A DNA stretch of 53,966 nucleotides from an uncultured Rhodobacterales bacterium (lineage in GTDB: Bacteria; Pseudomonadota; Alphaproteobacteria; Rhodobacterales; Rhodobacteraceae): assembly GCA_964441435.1 (NCBI GenBank), contig CAYTUW010000001.1:1-53966 (forward strand). Direction: 5' to 3'. The position numbers and the translations under genes were made by a program. The notes below the pieces were generated by a model that worked only from the letters and a program-made list of their open reading frames with translations, was not told the DNA's origin and did no database searches. Positions 36,390-45,522 of this stretch are shown one piece after another (position 1 is the first letter of the stretch; each line of letters starts with the position of its first letter).

Positions 36390-37155
36390 TCTTGACCTGA
36401 TATCCGACGCAGCAAGACACAGCGGAGAGATTGCGCTGCGCCATTGGGGAAAATCCCCTGAGGTCTGGGAAAAATCAGGTAACGCAGGCCCGGTGACAGA
36501 GGCCGATCTGGCCATCGACCGGATGTTGTCTGCGGAATTGCTGTCGGCCCGGCCCACTTATGGGTGGTTGTCCGAAGAAACCCAGGATGATCGGGCCCGT
36601 CTTGGCTCTGATCGACAGTTCATTGTCGATCCGATTGATGGAACCCGCGCCTTTATCGCCGGGGAAAAGACGTTTTCTCACTCCATCGCGGTTGCCTGCG
36701 ACGGTCGCATATGTGCGGGCGCGGTGTTTCTGCCTGCGCTGGATCTGATGTTCACTGCCGAAGCCGATAAGGCGGCCTGTCTGAACGGTGTTCCTATCAC
36801 CGCGACAGATGTCCCCATCGACGGGGCCTCCGTGTTGAGCGCCCGGGCGGGTTTTAATCCCGATCACTGGCGAAATGCCGAGGTTCCACCGATCAAGCGC
36901 AGTTTCCGCACCTCGCTTGCCTATCGGCTTTGCCTGGTGGCGCAGGGGCGGTTCGATGCCATGCTGACCCTACGGAATACATGGGAATGGGATGTCGCTG
37001 CCGGCAGTCTGATCGCACAAGCCGCCGGCGCAACAGTAACTGACGCTGCCGGACGGACACCGAGATTCAACAACCACGATCCACATCTTGCGGGCATGCT
37101 GGCGGCGGGGCCAACCGTTCATAGCGCGCTGGTCAATCAACTAAAGCCGCGCTGA
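36376..37155 (+). CDS. Inositol monophosphatase family protein (CysQ-like)
   Basis: WLSEE, VDPIDGTRAF, WEWDVAAG motifs. Confidence 0.85.
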   Translation: MQGSDLDLISDAARHSGEIALRHWGKSPEVWEKSGNAGPVTEADLAIDRMLSAELLSARPTYGWLSEETQDDRARLGSDRQFIVDPIDGTRAFIAGEKTFSHSIAVACDGRICAGAVFLPALDLMFTAEADKAACLNGVPITATDVPIDGASVLSARAGFNPDHWRNAEVPPIKRSFRTSLAYRLCLVAQGRFDAMLTLRNTWEWDVAAGSLIAQAAGATVTDAAGRTPRFNNHDPHLAGMLAAGPTVHSALVNQLKPR

Positions 37156-37260
37156 CTACTTCTTCTTGGTGCTGTCTTTGGTTCCGACCGGGGTCCCTTC
37201 GGGCAGCTCTTTTGCGCTTGGAGTTGCCGGTGGTGGGGTACCCTTTTTCTTGTCAGTCAT
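37156..37260 (-). CDS. Candidate 34-aa lysine-rich small protein (below the ORF-track size cutoff)
   Basis: Hand translation gives MTDKKKGTPPPATPSAKELPEGTPVGTKDSTKKK*. GGGAG lies 7 nt upstream of the ATG (minus-strand AGAGGGAGTAAACAGATG). Confidence 0.35.
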   Translation of the reverse strand: MTDKKKGTPPPATPSAKELPEGTPVGTKDSTKKK

Positions 37261-37395
37261 CTGTTTACTCCCTCTGTTATTGATATCATATCCTCCCACA
37301 TTCGGTCCAAAACACTGGCGGATCAACCCCTGCGACCTCTTTCAAGTGCCCCCGTATTCAAGTAGTGTCGCCTCAAATAACATTAGCCGGAGTAA

Positions 37396-37641
37396 ATGAT
37401 GACGCAGCGCCTGCATCTTGTTTTTGGCGGGGAATTGATCGACCCGACCAAAAATGCCTTCAAGGATGTGAATGACATCCATGTCGTCGGCTTGTTCCCC
37501 GACTATGATAGCGCCTATAATGCCTGGAAGGCAGAAGCGCAGCGCACGGTCGACAATGCTCATATGCGTTATTTTATCGCCCATATCCACAGGCTCCGGG
37601 ACGAAGAATCCGCCGCTTCGGCCACCGAAGAACTCGGATAG
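37396..37641 (+). CDS. DUF4170-like protein
   Basis: LHLVFGGEL.D......F.D......VG.FPDY..A...WK..AQ.TVDNAHMRYFI.HIHRL. Confidence 0.75.
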   Translation: MMTQRLHLVFGGELIDPTKNAFKDVNDIHVVGLFPDYDSAYNAWKAEAQRTVDNAHMRYFIAHIHRLRDEESAASATEELG

Positions 37642-37653
37642 ACCCGGGCGGCA

Positions 37654-38886
37654 ATGTCACGCGCCTTCAGCCTGTCCCTTTACCTGACCCTGGCGCGGCG
37701 TCAGCGGACGCTATCGCAGGATCTGGTCGAGGATAAACGCCCCGAAGGGGTCCTGGTCTGGTGCCATGCCCATAACAGCGATCAGGCGGCGGCGTTTGCC
37801 GAACTCGCGACGGCGCTGGAAATGGAGCTTGCCCGGTTTCACATGTTGCTGACCGCCGGCGCAGCCGGTGTCCTTGATGCGTTGCGAACAGATTGCCCTG
37901 ATTACCTTTCACTGCGCCTTTTGGCCGGGGATGATCCGCGTGTAGCGGCACATTGGCGGCCCGATGTGGTGGTCTGGACGGTCACCGCAAGCCATCCGGC
38001 GATTACCGCTAACCTCGATTCCATGAAGATCCCCCAGTTCCTTGCTGATGCCCGCGCAGAGTTGCCGACCCGCCCGCTTAACCAAAAGATACCCGGGCTG
38101 CGCCGGGCATTGCTAAGCTGCTTTGATAAAATCCTGACTGTGGACGATCAGGCGACAAAGCGGCTGAACGAATTTGATCTTGGGCCGGACCGGGTGGAAA
38201 CCAATGGTTTGCTTCTGCAGGGTGCTGCCGTACCCGCCTGTAACGAGGCCGAACTTGCCGAATTGGGCCGCGTCCTGGCAGCGCGCCCGGTCTGGCTCGC
38301 CGCAGAGGTTTACCTGTCAGAGGTCAGCGCCCTGCTTGATGCACATCAGATTGCCCTTGGTGCGTCACATCGGTTGTTGCTGATCGTGGTGCCTAAACGA
38401 TCAGAAGATGGCCCGGAAATGATGCGTATATTTGATGACGCGGGATTTTCCGTTTCGTCGCGCAGCGCAGACGCCGAACCCGAACCTGGCATCCAGATTT
38501 ACGTGGCCGATACCGAAGGTGAGCTGGGCCTCTGGCTGCGCCTCTCACCCGTTTCTTTCATCGGAGGGAGTTTCGCGGGCCTTGAAACAGCCGATCCCTT
38601 TGCCGCAGCCGCGCTTGGGTCCGCGGTTGTCTTTGGTCACGAGCCGGGCAGTCATCTCCCGCATTTTCGTCGCCTGGTGAATGCAGGTGCAGCTGTACAA
38701 GTAAGCTCCGGTCACGCACTGGGTAATGAAATAGAAAGATTGCTGTCCCCGGACAAAGCAGCCAGCCTGTCGCATCGGGCCTGGGAAGAGATTTCAACAG
38801 GCGCCCCCGCCCTCGACCGCATTTCGGATCTGGTTCGTTCGGAACTTGACCAACAAGCCGAAAGGCACCCCGATGCAACCGCCTAG
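37654..38886 (+). CDS. waaA: 3-deoxy-D-manno-octulosonic acid (Kdo) transferase
   Basis: ~410 aa GT-B-like protein immediately upstream of, and overlapping, lpxK. RPEGVLVWCHA sits at the usual N-terminal position. The motifs are somewhat divergent. Confidence 0.7.
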   Translation: MSRAFSLSLYLTLARRQRTLSQDLVEDKRPEGVLVWCHAHNSDQAAAFAELATALEMELARFHMLLTAGAAGVLDALRTDCPDYLSLRLLAGDDPRVAAHWRPDVVVWTVTASHPAITANLDSMKIPQFLADARAELPTRPLNQKIPGLRRALLSCFDKILTVDDQATKRLNEFDLGPDRVETNGLLLQGAAVPACNEAELAELGRVLAARPVWLAAEVYLSEVSALLDAHQIALGASHRLLLIVVPKRSEDGPEMMRIFDDAGFSVSSRSADAEPEPGIQIYVADTEGELGLWLRLSPVSFIGGSFAGLETADPFAAAALGSAVVFGHEPGSHLPHFRRLVNAGAAVQVSSGHALGNEIERLLSPDKAASLSHRAWEEISTGAPALDRISDLVRSELDQQAERHPDATA

Positions 38887-39841
38887 GTTCTGGTATCGCC
38901 CCGCTGGCCTGATTGCCCGCCTTCTGTTCCCGCTCGGCTGGCTCTTCGGGCAGGCCACCGCCATAAGGCAGCGCCGCGCTGTACATGCTTTCCGGTCCGG
39001 CGTACCGGTCGTCTGTATCGGCAACCTCAATGTTGGCGGGACCGGGAAAACCCCAACCGTCATTGCACTGACGGAACATCTGGGCGCGGGAACACATGTG
39101 GTCAGCCGGGGGTATGGCGGTTCCCTGAAAGGGCCGGTTCAGGTTGACGAGCGCACCCATGATGCCTCCGACGTTGGTGATGAGCCTCTATTGCTGTCCT
39201 CTTTCGCACCTGTCTGGGTAGCTGATCGACGCCGCAATGGCATGCAGGAGGCCGCACATGGTGCCCGCTATCTGCTGCTGGACGATGGGTTTCAGGATCC
39301 ATCCGTTGAAAAAGACATCTCGGTTGTCGTTGTTGATGCTGCGCGTGGGTTTGGCAACGGGCACTGCCTGCCCGCCGGACCTTTGCGGGAACCAGTGGCC
39401 ACCGGCCTGGCCCGTGCTGATCTGCTGCTGACCATCGGGGAAAAGGCTGCACAGGATAGTTTCGCAGACCGATGGCCCGCCGCATCCGGGTTACCGCGTC
39501 TACGCGGCGAACTGGTGCCGCTCGAAACCGGAATGGACTGGGATGGGCTTGCCGTATTTGCGTTTGCCGGGATTGCAGACCCGGCGAAGTTCTTCGCAAC
39601 CCTGCGTCGGCTTGGTGCGAATTTGAAACATGGCGAACCGCTGGCCGATCATCAGCCTCTGACTGAAGCCCTGCTTAATCGGCTGTACAGGGATGCAACA
39701 ACTGCGGGCGCACAGCTTGTGACCACCGAAAAGGATGCGGTACGCTTACCGCCGGAATGGCGCCGCAAAGTATTGGCGCTTCCGGTGCGGCTAAAGGTTA
39801 AGGACTGGGGGCCGTTTGATCGGTTGCTCAATCGCCTTTGA
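38873..39841 (+). CDS. lpxK: Tetraacyldisaccharide 4'-kinase
   Basis: PVVCIGNLNVGGTGKTP (P-loop), VSRGYGG, LLDDGFQ. Confidence 0.9.
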   Translation: MQPPRFWYRPAGLIARLLFPLGWLFGQATAIRQRRAVHAFRSGVPVVCIGNLNVGGTGKTPTVIALTEHLGAGTHVVSRGYGGSLKGPVQVDERTHDASDVGDEPLLLSSFAPVWVADRRRNGMQEAAHGARYLLLDDGFQDPSVEKDISVVVVDAARGFGNGHCLPAGPLREPVATGLARADLLLTIGEKAAQDSFADRWPAASGLPRLRGELVPLETGMDWDGLAVFAFAGIADPAKFFATLRRLGANLKHGEPLADHQPLTEALLNRLYRDATTAGAQLVTTEKDAVRLPPEWRRKVLALPVRLKVKDWGPFDRLLNRL

Positions 39842-40961
39842 CGCCTGCCCTGATGTCATCCCCATGTTCATCAAGCGCCGGCGAGGGGCGATTCAGAACG
39901 ATTTCAGCATCTGAATAACGGATCGGGGTGCGCACGGTCGGCACCCCATCAATGTCCTGCCGCATGCCCCGTGCAACTACCTGCGGGTCGGCAAAAACCT
40001 CCTGCATGCTGTTGATCGGGCCAGCGGGGATTCCCTGCTCCTCACACGCGGCCAAGAGCTCCGCTTTCGTCCATGTTAGGGTCTGTTTTGTCAGAAGGCT
40101 GGTCATCTCATCCCGGTTGGAAAGACGATCAGCATTGGTCTTGAACTTTGGATCATCAGCCATCCAGCCCTGCCCCAGCATTTTACACAATCGCTGATAC
40201 TGTGGGTCGTTCCCGGTAGCGATGATCAGCCAGCCGTCCATGCAGTCAAACACCTGATAAGGCGTCAGATTCTGGTGTGCATTTCCGATGCGTTCGGGGG
40301 CGACCCCGGTTGTCAGATAATTCATTCCCTGGTTGGCACAGATCGCCACGGCGCAATCAAGCAGGGACATGTCGATATGCTGCCCCTTGCCGGTGTCATC
40401 CCGTTGGCGCAGTGCCGCCAATATGCCGATCACACCGTAAAGCCCGGTAAAAATGTCTGTGACAGCAACGCCAACCTTTTGTGGTTGTCCATCGGGCGCG
40501 CCGGTGATCGACATAAGGCCGGACATGCCTTGAATAATGTAATCATAACCGGCCCGATGGGCATAAGGTCCATCCTGGCCAAAGCCTGTGATAGAACAAT
40601 AAATCAGCCGTGGGTTAGTCTGGCGCAGGCTTTCGTAATCCAGCCCATATTTCTTTAGCCCACCCACTTTGAAGTTCTCAATCAGAACATCTGCCTCTCC
40701 GATGAGATCACGGATAAATGCCTGTCCCTCTTTGGTTTTCAGGTCAACCGCAACGGATCGTTTGCCCCGATTGCAGGCATGAAAATATGAGGCAGAGCCA
40801 TCCCGCTCCACAAAAGGTGGCCCCCATTGTCGGGTGTCATCGCCGCCAGGGCTTTCGACTTTGATGACATCGGCGCCGAGGTCAGCAAGCGTCTGGCCCG
40901 CCCAGGGGCCGGCCAGCACCCGTGCAAGCTCAACCACCTTCAGGCCGTGCAGCGGTGGCAT
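39828..40961 (-). CDS. CaiB/BaiF family III CoA-transferase
   Basis: L.GLKVVELARVLAGPWAGQTLADLGADVIKVE and GYDYIIQGMSGLMS. Confidence 0.9.
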   Translation of the reverse strand: MPPLHGLKVVELARVLAGPWAGQTLADLGADVIKVESPGGDDTRQWGPPFVERDGSASYFHACNRGKRSVAVDLKTKEGQAFIRDLIGEADVLIENFKVGGLKKYGLDYESLRQTNPRLIYCSITGFGQDGPYAHRAGYDYIIQGMSGLMSITGAPDGQPQKVGVAVTDIFTGLYGVIGILAALRQRDDTGKGQHIDMSLLDCAVAICANQGMNYLTTGVAPERIGNAHQNLTPYQVFDCMDGWLIIATGNDPQYQRLCKMLGQGWMADDPKFKTNADRLSNRDEMTSLLTKQTLTWTKAELLAACEEQGIPAGPINSMQEVFADPQVVARGMRQDIDGVPTVRTPIRYSDAEIVLNRPSPALDEHGDDIRAGVKGD

Positions 40962-41632
40962 CAGCCGCCAAGCTTTTCATCAAGCAGGGCTGACATATCC
41001 TGATACCCCATATTTGCATATTTCGTGCCGTCGATCACAAAGCTAGGGGTGGAATCGATATCGTCTGCCTCGGCATTTTGCTGGTAAACCGCAACCATGG
41101 CCTGCGCCATATCGCCGTCAGACAGGCAGGCATCTAGTTCCTCATTGGAAATGCCGGCGGTGCGACCAATCGCCCGCAAATTTTCAACAATCTGAACTTC
41201 GGATTGATCACGCGAAATCCATTCCGGCTGCCGTTCGTAAAGCATATCCGCGATACCAAAATAACGCATCTCACCACCGCAACGGGCGACCATGGCTGCC
41301 CAAAGACCAAATTTGTCGAAATATACCTCGCGGTAGATAAAGCGCACCTTTCCAGTGTCGATGTAGTCAGCCTTCAGACTGCCAAAAACATTTTCGTGGA
41401 AACTGCGGCAATGCGGGCAGGTGAAAGAGGCGTATTCAATCATTGTGATCGGCGCGTCAGCAGCACCCATCGACATTTCAATCACGCGTGACGTATCAAT
41501 TTCAGCCGCTTCCTGTGCGTTTACCTCTCCGATGACAGGGCCAAGCCGGGGTGCATCCGTCCGCCCCCACAACCAGGCGCCGCCGCCAGCCAGGGCAAGC
41601 ACACCCGCACCGATGAAAAACCGTCTATCCAT
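40961..41632 (-). CDS. DsbA-family thiol:disulfide oxidoreductase
   Basis: Signal/TM at the N-terminus, active site FTCPHC, thioredoxin-fold length. Confidence 0.85.
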   Translation of the reverse strand: MDRRFFIGAGVLALAGGGAWLWGRTDAPRLGPVIGEVNAQEAAEIDTSRVIEMSMGAADAPITMIEYASFTCPHCRSFHENVFGSLKADYIDTGKVRFIYREVYFDKFGLWAAMVARCGGEMRYFGIADMLYERQPEWISRDQSEVQIVENLRAIGRTAGISNEELDACLSDGDMAQAMVAVYQQNAEADDIDSTPSFVIDGTKYANMGYQDMSALLDEKLGG

Positions 41633-41647
41633 TATTTATGCCTCTTT

Positions 41648-42154
41648 TCAGGAACTGTTCTTCGATATGACATTCTGGCCGAGCTGTTCAAGTGCCTTGC
41701 GCAGACGATCGTCTGTAACATCGCTGGCGAGCTGTTGTGCTTTGGGCCCCGGTTCTGGCAAGGAACTGTGTCTATTCCGGTTAAATTCGGCTTTCGGTTC
41801 GAAAAATCCACCGGATCCCGTCTGAGTGATACGTACAGCTGAAATCGCTGTATACCCGTAGCAACTGTTCACACGATCGCGGATTGTTTCTGTCTGCATC
41901 TGCAGCAACGGTGCCTGCGCACCGGTCGCCATTATGGTCAGCTTCGCGCCAAGCCCGTTACGGCCATATCCGATTTTCACCGGGCAGGTGACGCGCGCAA
42001 TATCCTCGCCGACGATCTCTGCCCAATGGGTCAGCAGCCGTGATACCGCAAAACCTCGCGCTTTCCCCGCCTCACCGATTCGCTTTTGCAGCAGAACAGA
42101 GGCACGCGAAAACCCGCGCCTTTGCCGTGCCGATGATGCCTGTTCATTTGCCAT
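41648..42154 (-). CDS. DUF721 (DciA-like) protein
   Basis: W.EIVGEDIARVTCPVKI......GAKLTI...GAQAP.LQMQTE.I..RVN. Divergent from mutY, as in many alphaproteobacteria. Confidence 0.75.
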   Translation of the reverse strand: MANEQASSARQRRGFSRASVLLQKRIGEAGKARGFAVSRLLTHWAEIVGEDIARVTCPVKIGYGRNGLGAKLTIMATGAQAPLLQMQTETIRDRVNSCYGYTAISAVRITQTGSGGFFEPKAEFNRNRHSSLPEPGPKAQQLASDVTDDRLRKALEQLGQNVISKNSS

Positions 42155-42218
42155 TCACAAGCTATTCTAGAGCGAAGCCCAGCAGGTGCCAGCAAATTTC
42201 TTAAGAGGCGTGTAACCT

Positions 42219-43280
42219 TTGTGTGAATGCGGATTCAGCAGCAATTTGCTTGAGTGGTACGACCTGAACGCGCGGGTTTTGCCATGGCGCATTGGCCCGA
42301 AGGGGCGGGCACCCGGGCCACGCCCCGACCCCTATCATATCTGGCTGTCAGAAATCATGCTGCAACAGACAACCGTTGTCGCTGTCAAATCGTATTTTGA
42401 GCGGTTCCTGTATCGCTGGCCGACGGTCTCGGCGCTGGCAGAAGCGGCGGATGATGATGTCATGGCTGAATGGGCGGGGCTTGGCTATTATGCCCGCGCC
42501 AGAAACCTGTTGAAATGCGCCCGTTTGGTGGTTGCCGAACACGGCGGGATATTCCCGGAAACACGCGAAGAATTACTGAAACTGCCTGGAATAGGGCCAT
42601 ATACCGCCGCTGCAATCGCGGCGATCGCCTTTGATCTCGCCGAAACGGTTGTTGATGGAAATGTCGAACGCGTTATGGCGCGTTTCCATGGTATCAAAAC
42701 CCCCTTGCCAGACGCAAAACCGACGCTGACAGAATACGCTGCCGTGCATACTCCGAAAACCCGGCCCGGCGATTATGCGCAGGCAGTCATGGATCTTGGG
42801 GCCACCATATGCACGCCCAAAGCGCCATCCTGCGCGCGATGCCCTGTCCGGGACCAATGCGTGGCACGACAGGGTGGCGCCCCTGAATCCTATCCGTTCA
42901 AACGGCCAAAACCAGCCAAGCCGACACGATTTGGCATCGCCTATGTCGCCCGGCGGTCGGATGGGGCCTGGTTGTTGGAGCGACGGCCGGAAAAAGGGCT
43001 ACTCGGCGGGATGCTTGGTTGGCCCGGCGCACCCTGGGGAACAACAGCGACAGAACAGCCACCATTGCAGGCTGACTGGCACAGCCTGACCGGCGAAGTC
43101 CGCCATACCTTCACCCATTTTCACCTGCGCCTGACCGTCCAGGTGGCGCAAGTTTTACTGGATTCCGAGCCCAAACATGGGTTTTTTCTACCCGACAGCG
43201 AATTCCGACCTTCCGCCCTACCTACCGTCATGCGCAAGGTTCTGGATCACACCCGTAGCGAAAATTCTGTTATTCCGTGA
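42219..43280 (+). CDS. mutY: A/G-specific adenine DNA glycosylase
   Basis: LPWR...DPY.IWLSEIMLQQT, GLGYYARARNL, LPGIGPYTAAAI, and the Fe-S cluster CxxxxxxCxxCPxxxxC. Confidence 0.9.
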   Translation: MCECGFSSNLLEWYDLNARVLPWRIGPKGRAPGPRPDPYHIWLSEIMLQQTTVVAVKSYFERFLYRWPTVSALAEAADDDVMAEWAGLGYYARARNLLKCARLVVAEHGGIFPETREELLKLPGIGPYTAAAIAAIAFDLAETVVDGNVERVMARFHGIKTPLPDAKPTLTEYAAVHTPKTRPGDYAQAVMDLGATICTPKAPSCARCPVRDQCVARQGGAPESYPFKRPKPAKPTRFGIAYVARRSDGAWLLERRPEKGLLGGMLGWPGAPWGTTATEQPPLQADWHSLTGEVRHTFTHFHLRLTVQVAQVLLDSEPKHGFFLPDSEFRPSALPTVMRKVLDHTRSENSVIP

Positions 43281-43298
43281 CCTGAGGAGGTTTCACCA

Positions 43299-44429
43299 GT
43301 GTCCGATAACCAGGTTGAAAAACTGCGTAACGCCCTGCCTTTCTGGCTTTCTCTGATTATGGTGCCGCTCGCGCTTGTCGGAGCGTTCAAAGGGGGGTGG
43401 ACCGTATTTCTACTGCCGCTTTCGAGCTGGGTGATGTTTTCGGTTCTTGACGCCTTTACCGGGCGGAACGAAGAAAATATCGACCCTAATACAGGCGAAA
43501 ATCAACTGTTCTGGTACCGCCTAATAACATTGGTCTGGTTCCCTCTGCAGTTCCTGGTCCTGTTTGGTCTGATCTGGTTCGTCACCCAAAGCACGCATCT
43601 CGCAGCCTGGGAAAAACTGGCCCTGTTCTTTGGCGTCGGCATCATGTCAGGAACCGTTGGAATCAACTACAGCCATGAGCTGATGCACCAAAAGAACCGG
43701 GTAGAGCGTTGGCTCGGCGATCTGTTGTTGTCGATGGTGCTTTATAGCCATTTCCGCAGTGAACATTTGTTGGTCCACCACCGTTACGTCGGCACCCCGC
43801 GCGACCCTGTCACGGCGCGCTATAATGAAGGGTTTCACCGCTTCTTTCCACGCGTTCTGATGCAATCTCTGAGATCAAGCTGGCGCGCAGAATGCGACAT
43901 GCGCGGGCGAAGGGGGCTTGGCCCGTTTCATCGCAGCAATCCGTTTTGGCGGTATCTGCTGTTGCAGGGGGGGATGATCCTGCTGGCGGCCATCCTGGGC
44001 GGCGCAGCAGGGGTCGCCCTGTTCCTGATACAGGCTTTCACAGCAATCTGGCAGCTTGAGCTGGTCAATTACATCGAACATTACGGGCTGACCCGCAAAC
44101 ATCTGGGCAACGGGAAATACGAACATGTGCTGCCCCGCCACAGTTGGAATGCATCCCATAAGGCGTCCAACTGGCTGCTGATCAACCTGCAACGCCATTC
44201 TGATCATCACTACAAGCCTGACCGCAGGTTTCCTCTGTTGCAAAACTACGCCTCTGAGGAGGCCCCGCAACTGCCCTTTGGCTATCCTGTGATGACAGCG
44301 GCGGCGATGATCCCACCACTATGGCGGCGTATCATGAATCCGAAGGTCCGCGCCTGGCGTAAACAGCACTACCCGGAGATCACGGATTGGGCGCCTTACA
44401 AGGCTGGCACCAATCCACCACCGCGCTAG
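43299..44429 (+). CDS. alkB: Alkane 1-monooxygenase (AlkB-type membrane di-iron hydroxylase)
   Basis: HELMH, EHLLVHH, NYIEHYGL and LQRHSDHH histidine boxes. GTG start with GAGGAGG 8 nt upstream. Confidence 0.85.
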   Translation: MSDNQVEKLRNALPFWLSLIMVPLALVGAFKGGWTVFLLPLSSWVMFSVLDAFTGRNEENIDPNTGENQLFWYRLITLVWFPLQFLVLFGLIWFVTQSTHLAAWEKLALFFGVGIMSGTVGINYSHELMHQKNRVERWLGDLLLSMVLYSHFRSEHLLVHHRYVGTPRDPVTARYNEGFHRFFPRVLMQSLRSSWRAECDMRGRRGLGPFHRSNPFWRYLLLQGGMILLAAILGGAAGVALFLIQAFTAIWQLELVNYIEHYGLTRKHLGNGKYEHVLPRHSWNASHKASNWLLINLQRHSDHHYKPDRRFPLLQNYASEEAPQLPFGYPVMTAAAMIPPLWRRIMNPKVRAWRKQHYPEITDWAPYKAGTNPPPR

Positions 44430-44480
44430 CAACGAAAAGGGCCCCAAGGGGCCCTGGATCGTTTCAATTTGGTGCGGGGT

Positions 44481-44714
44481 TTACGGAGGAGGACCCGCCG
44501 TACCGCTGTCGGAACCACCGCCAAGCAGCACCAACCCGCCGATGACCAGAGCACCAACCAGCAAACCGGAACCGGAACCAATGCTGCGCCGCGTTTGTGT
44601 TTCATAGAGAGGCTCACCCTCAACTGCGGGTGCGGTTTGCCCACCGGCAAAAGCGGATGTCGCTGCGCAAAGCGCCAAGGCCGATGCGGCAAGAGTTTTT
44701 GTCGCGTATTTCAT
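44481..44714 (-). CDS. Small secreted/anchored Gly-rich protein (77 aa)
   Basis: Signal peptide LALCAATSAFA, then a Gly/Ser-rich hydrophobic C-terminal segment. Lies directly downstream of the YjbF-like gene. Confidence 0.5.
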   Translation of the reverse strand: MKYATKTLAASALALCAATSAFAGGQTAPAVEGEPLYETQTRRSIGSGSGLLVGALVIGGLVLLGGGSDSGTAGPPP

Positions 44715-44811
44715 AGAAATACCTCCAAGTGAATTACGCTGGCATTAAACCTTCCACAGGGTGCTGATGTCAACGGTGCCGCGGTGTGTCGCTGATTCTG
44801 TGGCGCTTTGG

Positions 44812-45522
44812 CTACGATTTGATATGAAAGATATCGACATAGCCAACCCGATCGCTGATCCACTGGCGGGAACGGATCGGCCGGTTTTGACCGGGCAAGC
44901 GCCAGTAGGAATTCAACCGTTCCTGGCCGTTCCCTATGCAGGTTTCGTCGAATCTGACGACAGATATGGCACGTTCTGCGATGGTAAACCGTTCCGTCCC
45001 GGCGGGGCGAAGCTGGCATGTCAGGCGCAGGGTTTCCAGTTGGGAGACGGAATTCAGATATCTGAAACTCTTGTCATAGCGCCCCTGCCCCGCGGCAAGC
45101 GCGCCCAGTACAGGCCCGGGCGTACTGGCAAAAAGATCGCCAGTAATCCCACGTGTTGAAACAATGACGCCGCCGCGCAGGGTTATGGCGATTTGGTCCT
45201 CGGTCCAGAAGGTCTGAAACCCATTGTTGGCCATAACTTCCGTCAGCATCGTCCAAGCCTGGCGCGTTTCGACAACCGCCACGATTGTCGGCGTGGTGAG
45301 CGCGTCAACCTGTTCGCTGGTAAAGGCGGTTGCAATGTCAAACCGGCCGGGTTGGGCGGCAGCGCTGCCGGTATTTTCCGGTGCTTTGACAGCCGCGCGA
45401 ATAGCGCTGGTGAGATCCCCAACAACAGAACCAGTTTCAGTTCCACCGGAGTTGCCACCGCTACATGCCGAAAAACCAATAAGCAGGACGAACATTATCG
45501 TTATCTTGAGGGCACTGGTCAT
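44812..45522 (-). CDS. YjbF/GfcB-family lipoprotein
   Basis: Lipobox FSAC. ITLRGGVIVSTRGITGDL and ...NSYWRLPGQNRPIRSRQWISD resemble YjbF family blocks. Overlaps the YjbH stop by 4 nt. Confidence 0.7.
   Translation of the reverse strand: MTSALKITIMFVLLIGFSACSGGNSGGTETGSVVGDLTSAIRAAVKAPENTGSAAAQPGRFDIATAFTSEQVDALTTPTIVAVVETRQAWTMLTEVMANNGFQTFWTEDQIAITLRGGVIVSTRGITGDLFASTPGPVLGALAAGQGRYDKSFRYLNSVSQLETLRLTCQLRPAGTERFTIAERAISVVRFDETCIGNGQERLNSYWRLPGQNRPIRSRQWISDRVGYVDIFHIKS

Noticed and set aside
44434-44460. GGGCCCCAAGGGGCCC palindrome after alkB as a terminator
   Set aside because: The loop would be only 2-4 nt and no T-run follows on either strand. It may still attenuate transcription, but I do not list it as a supported terminator.
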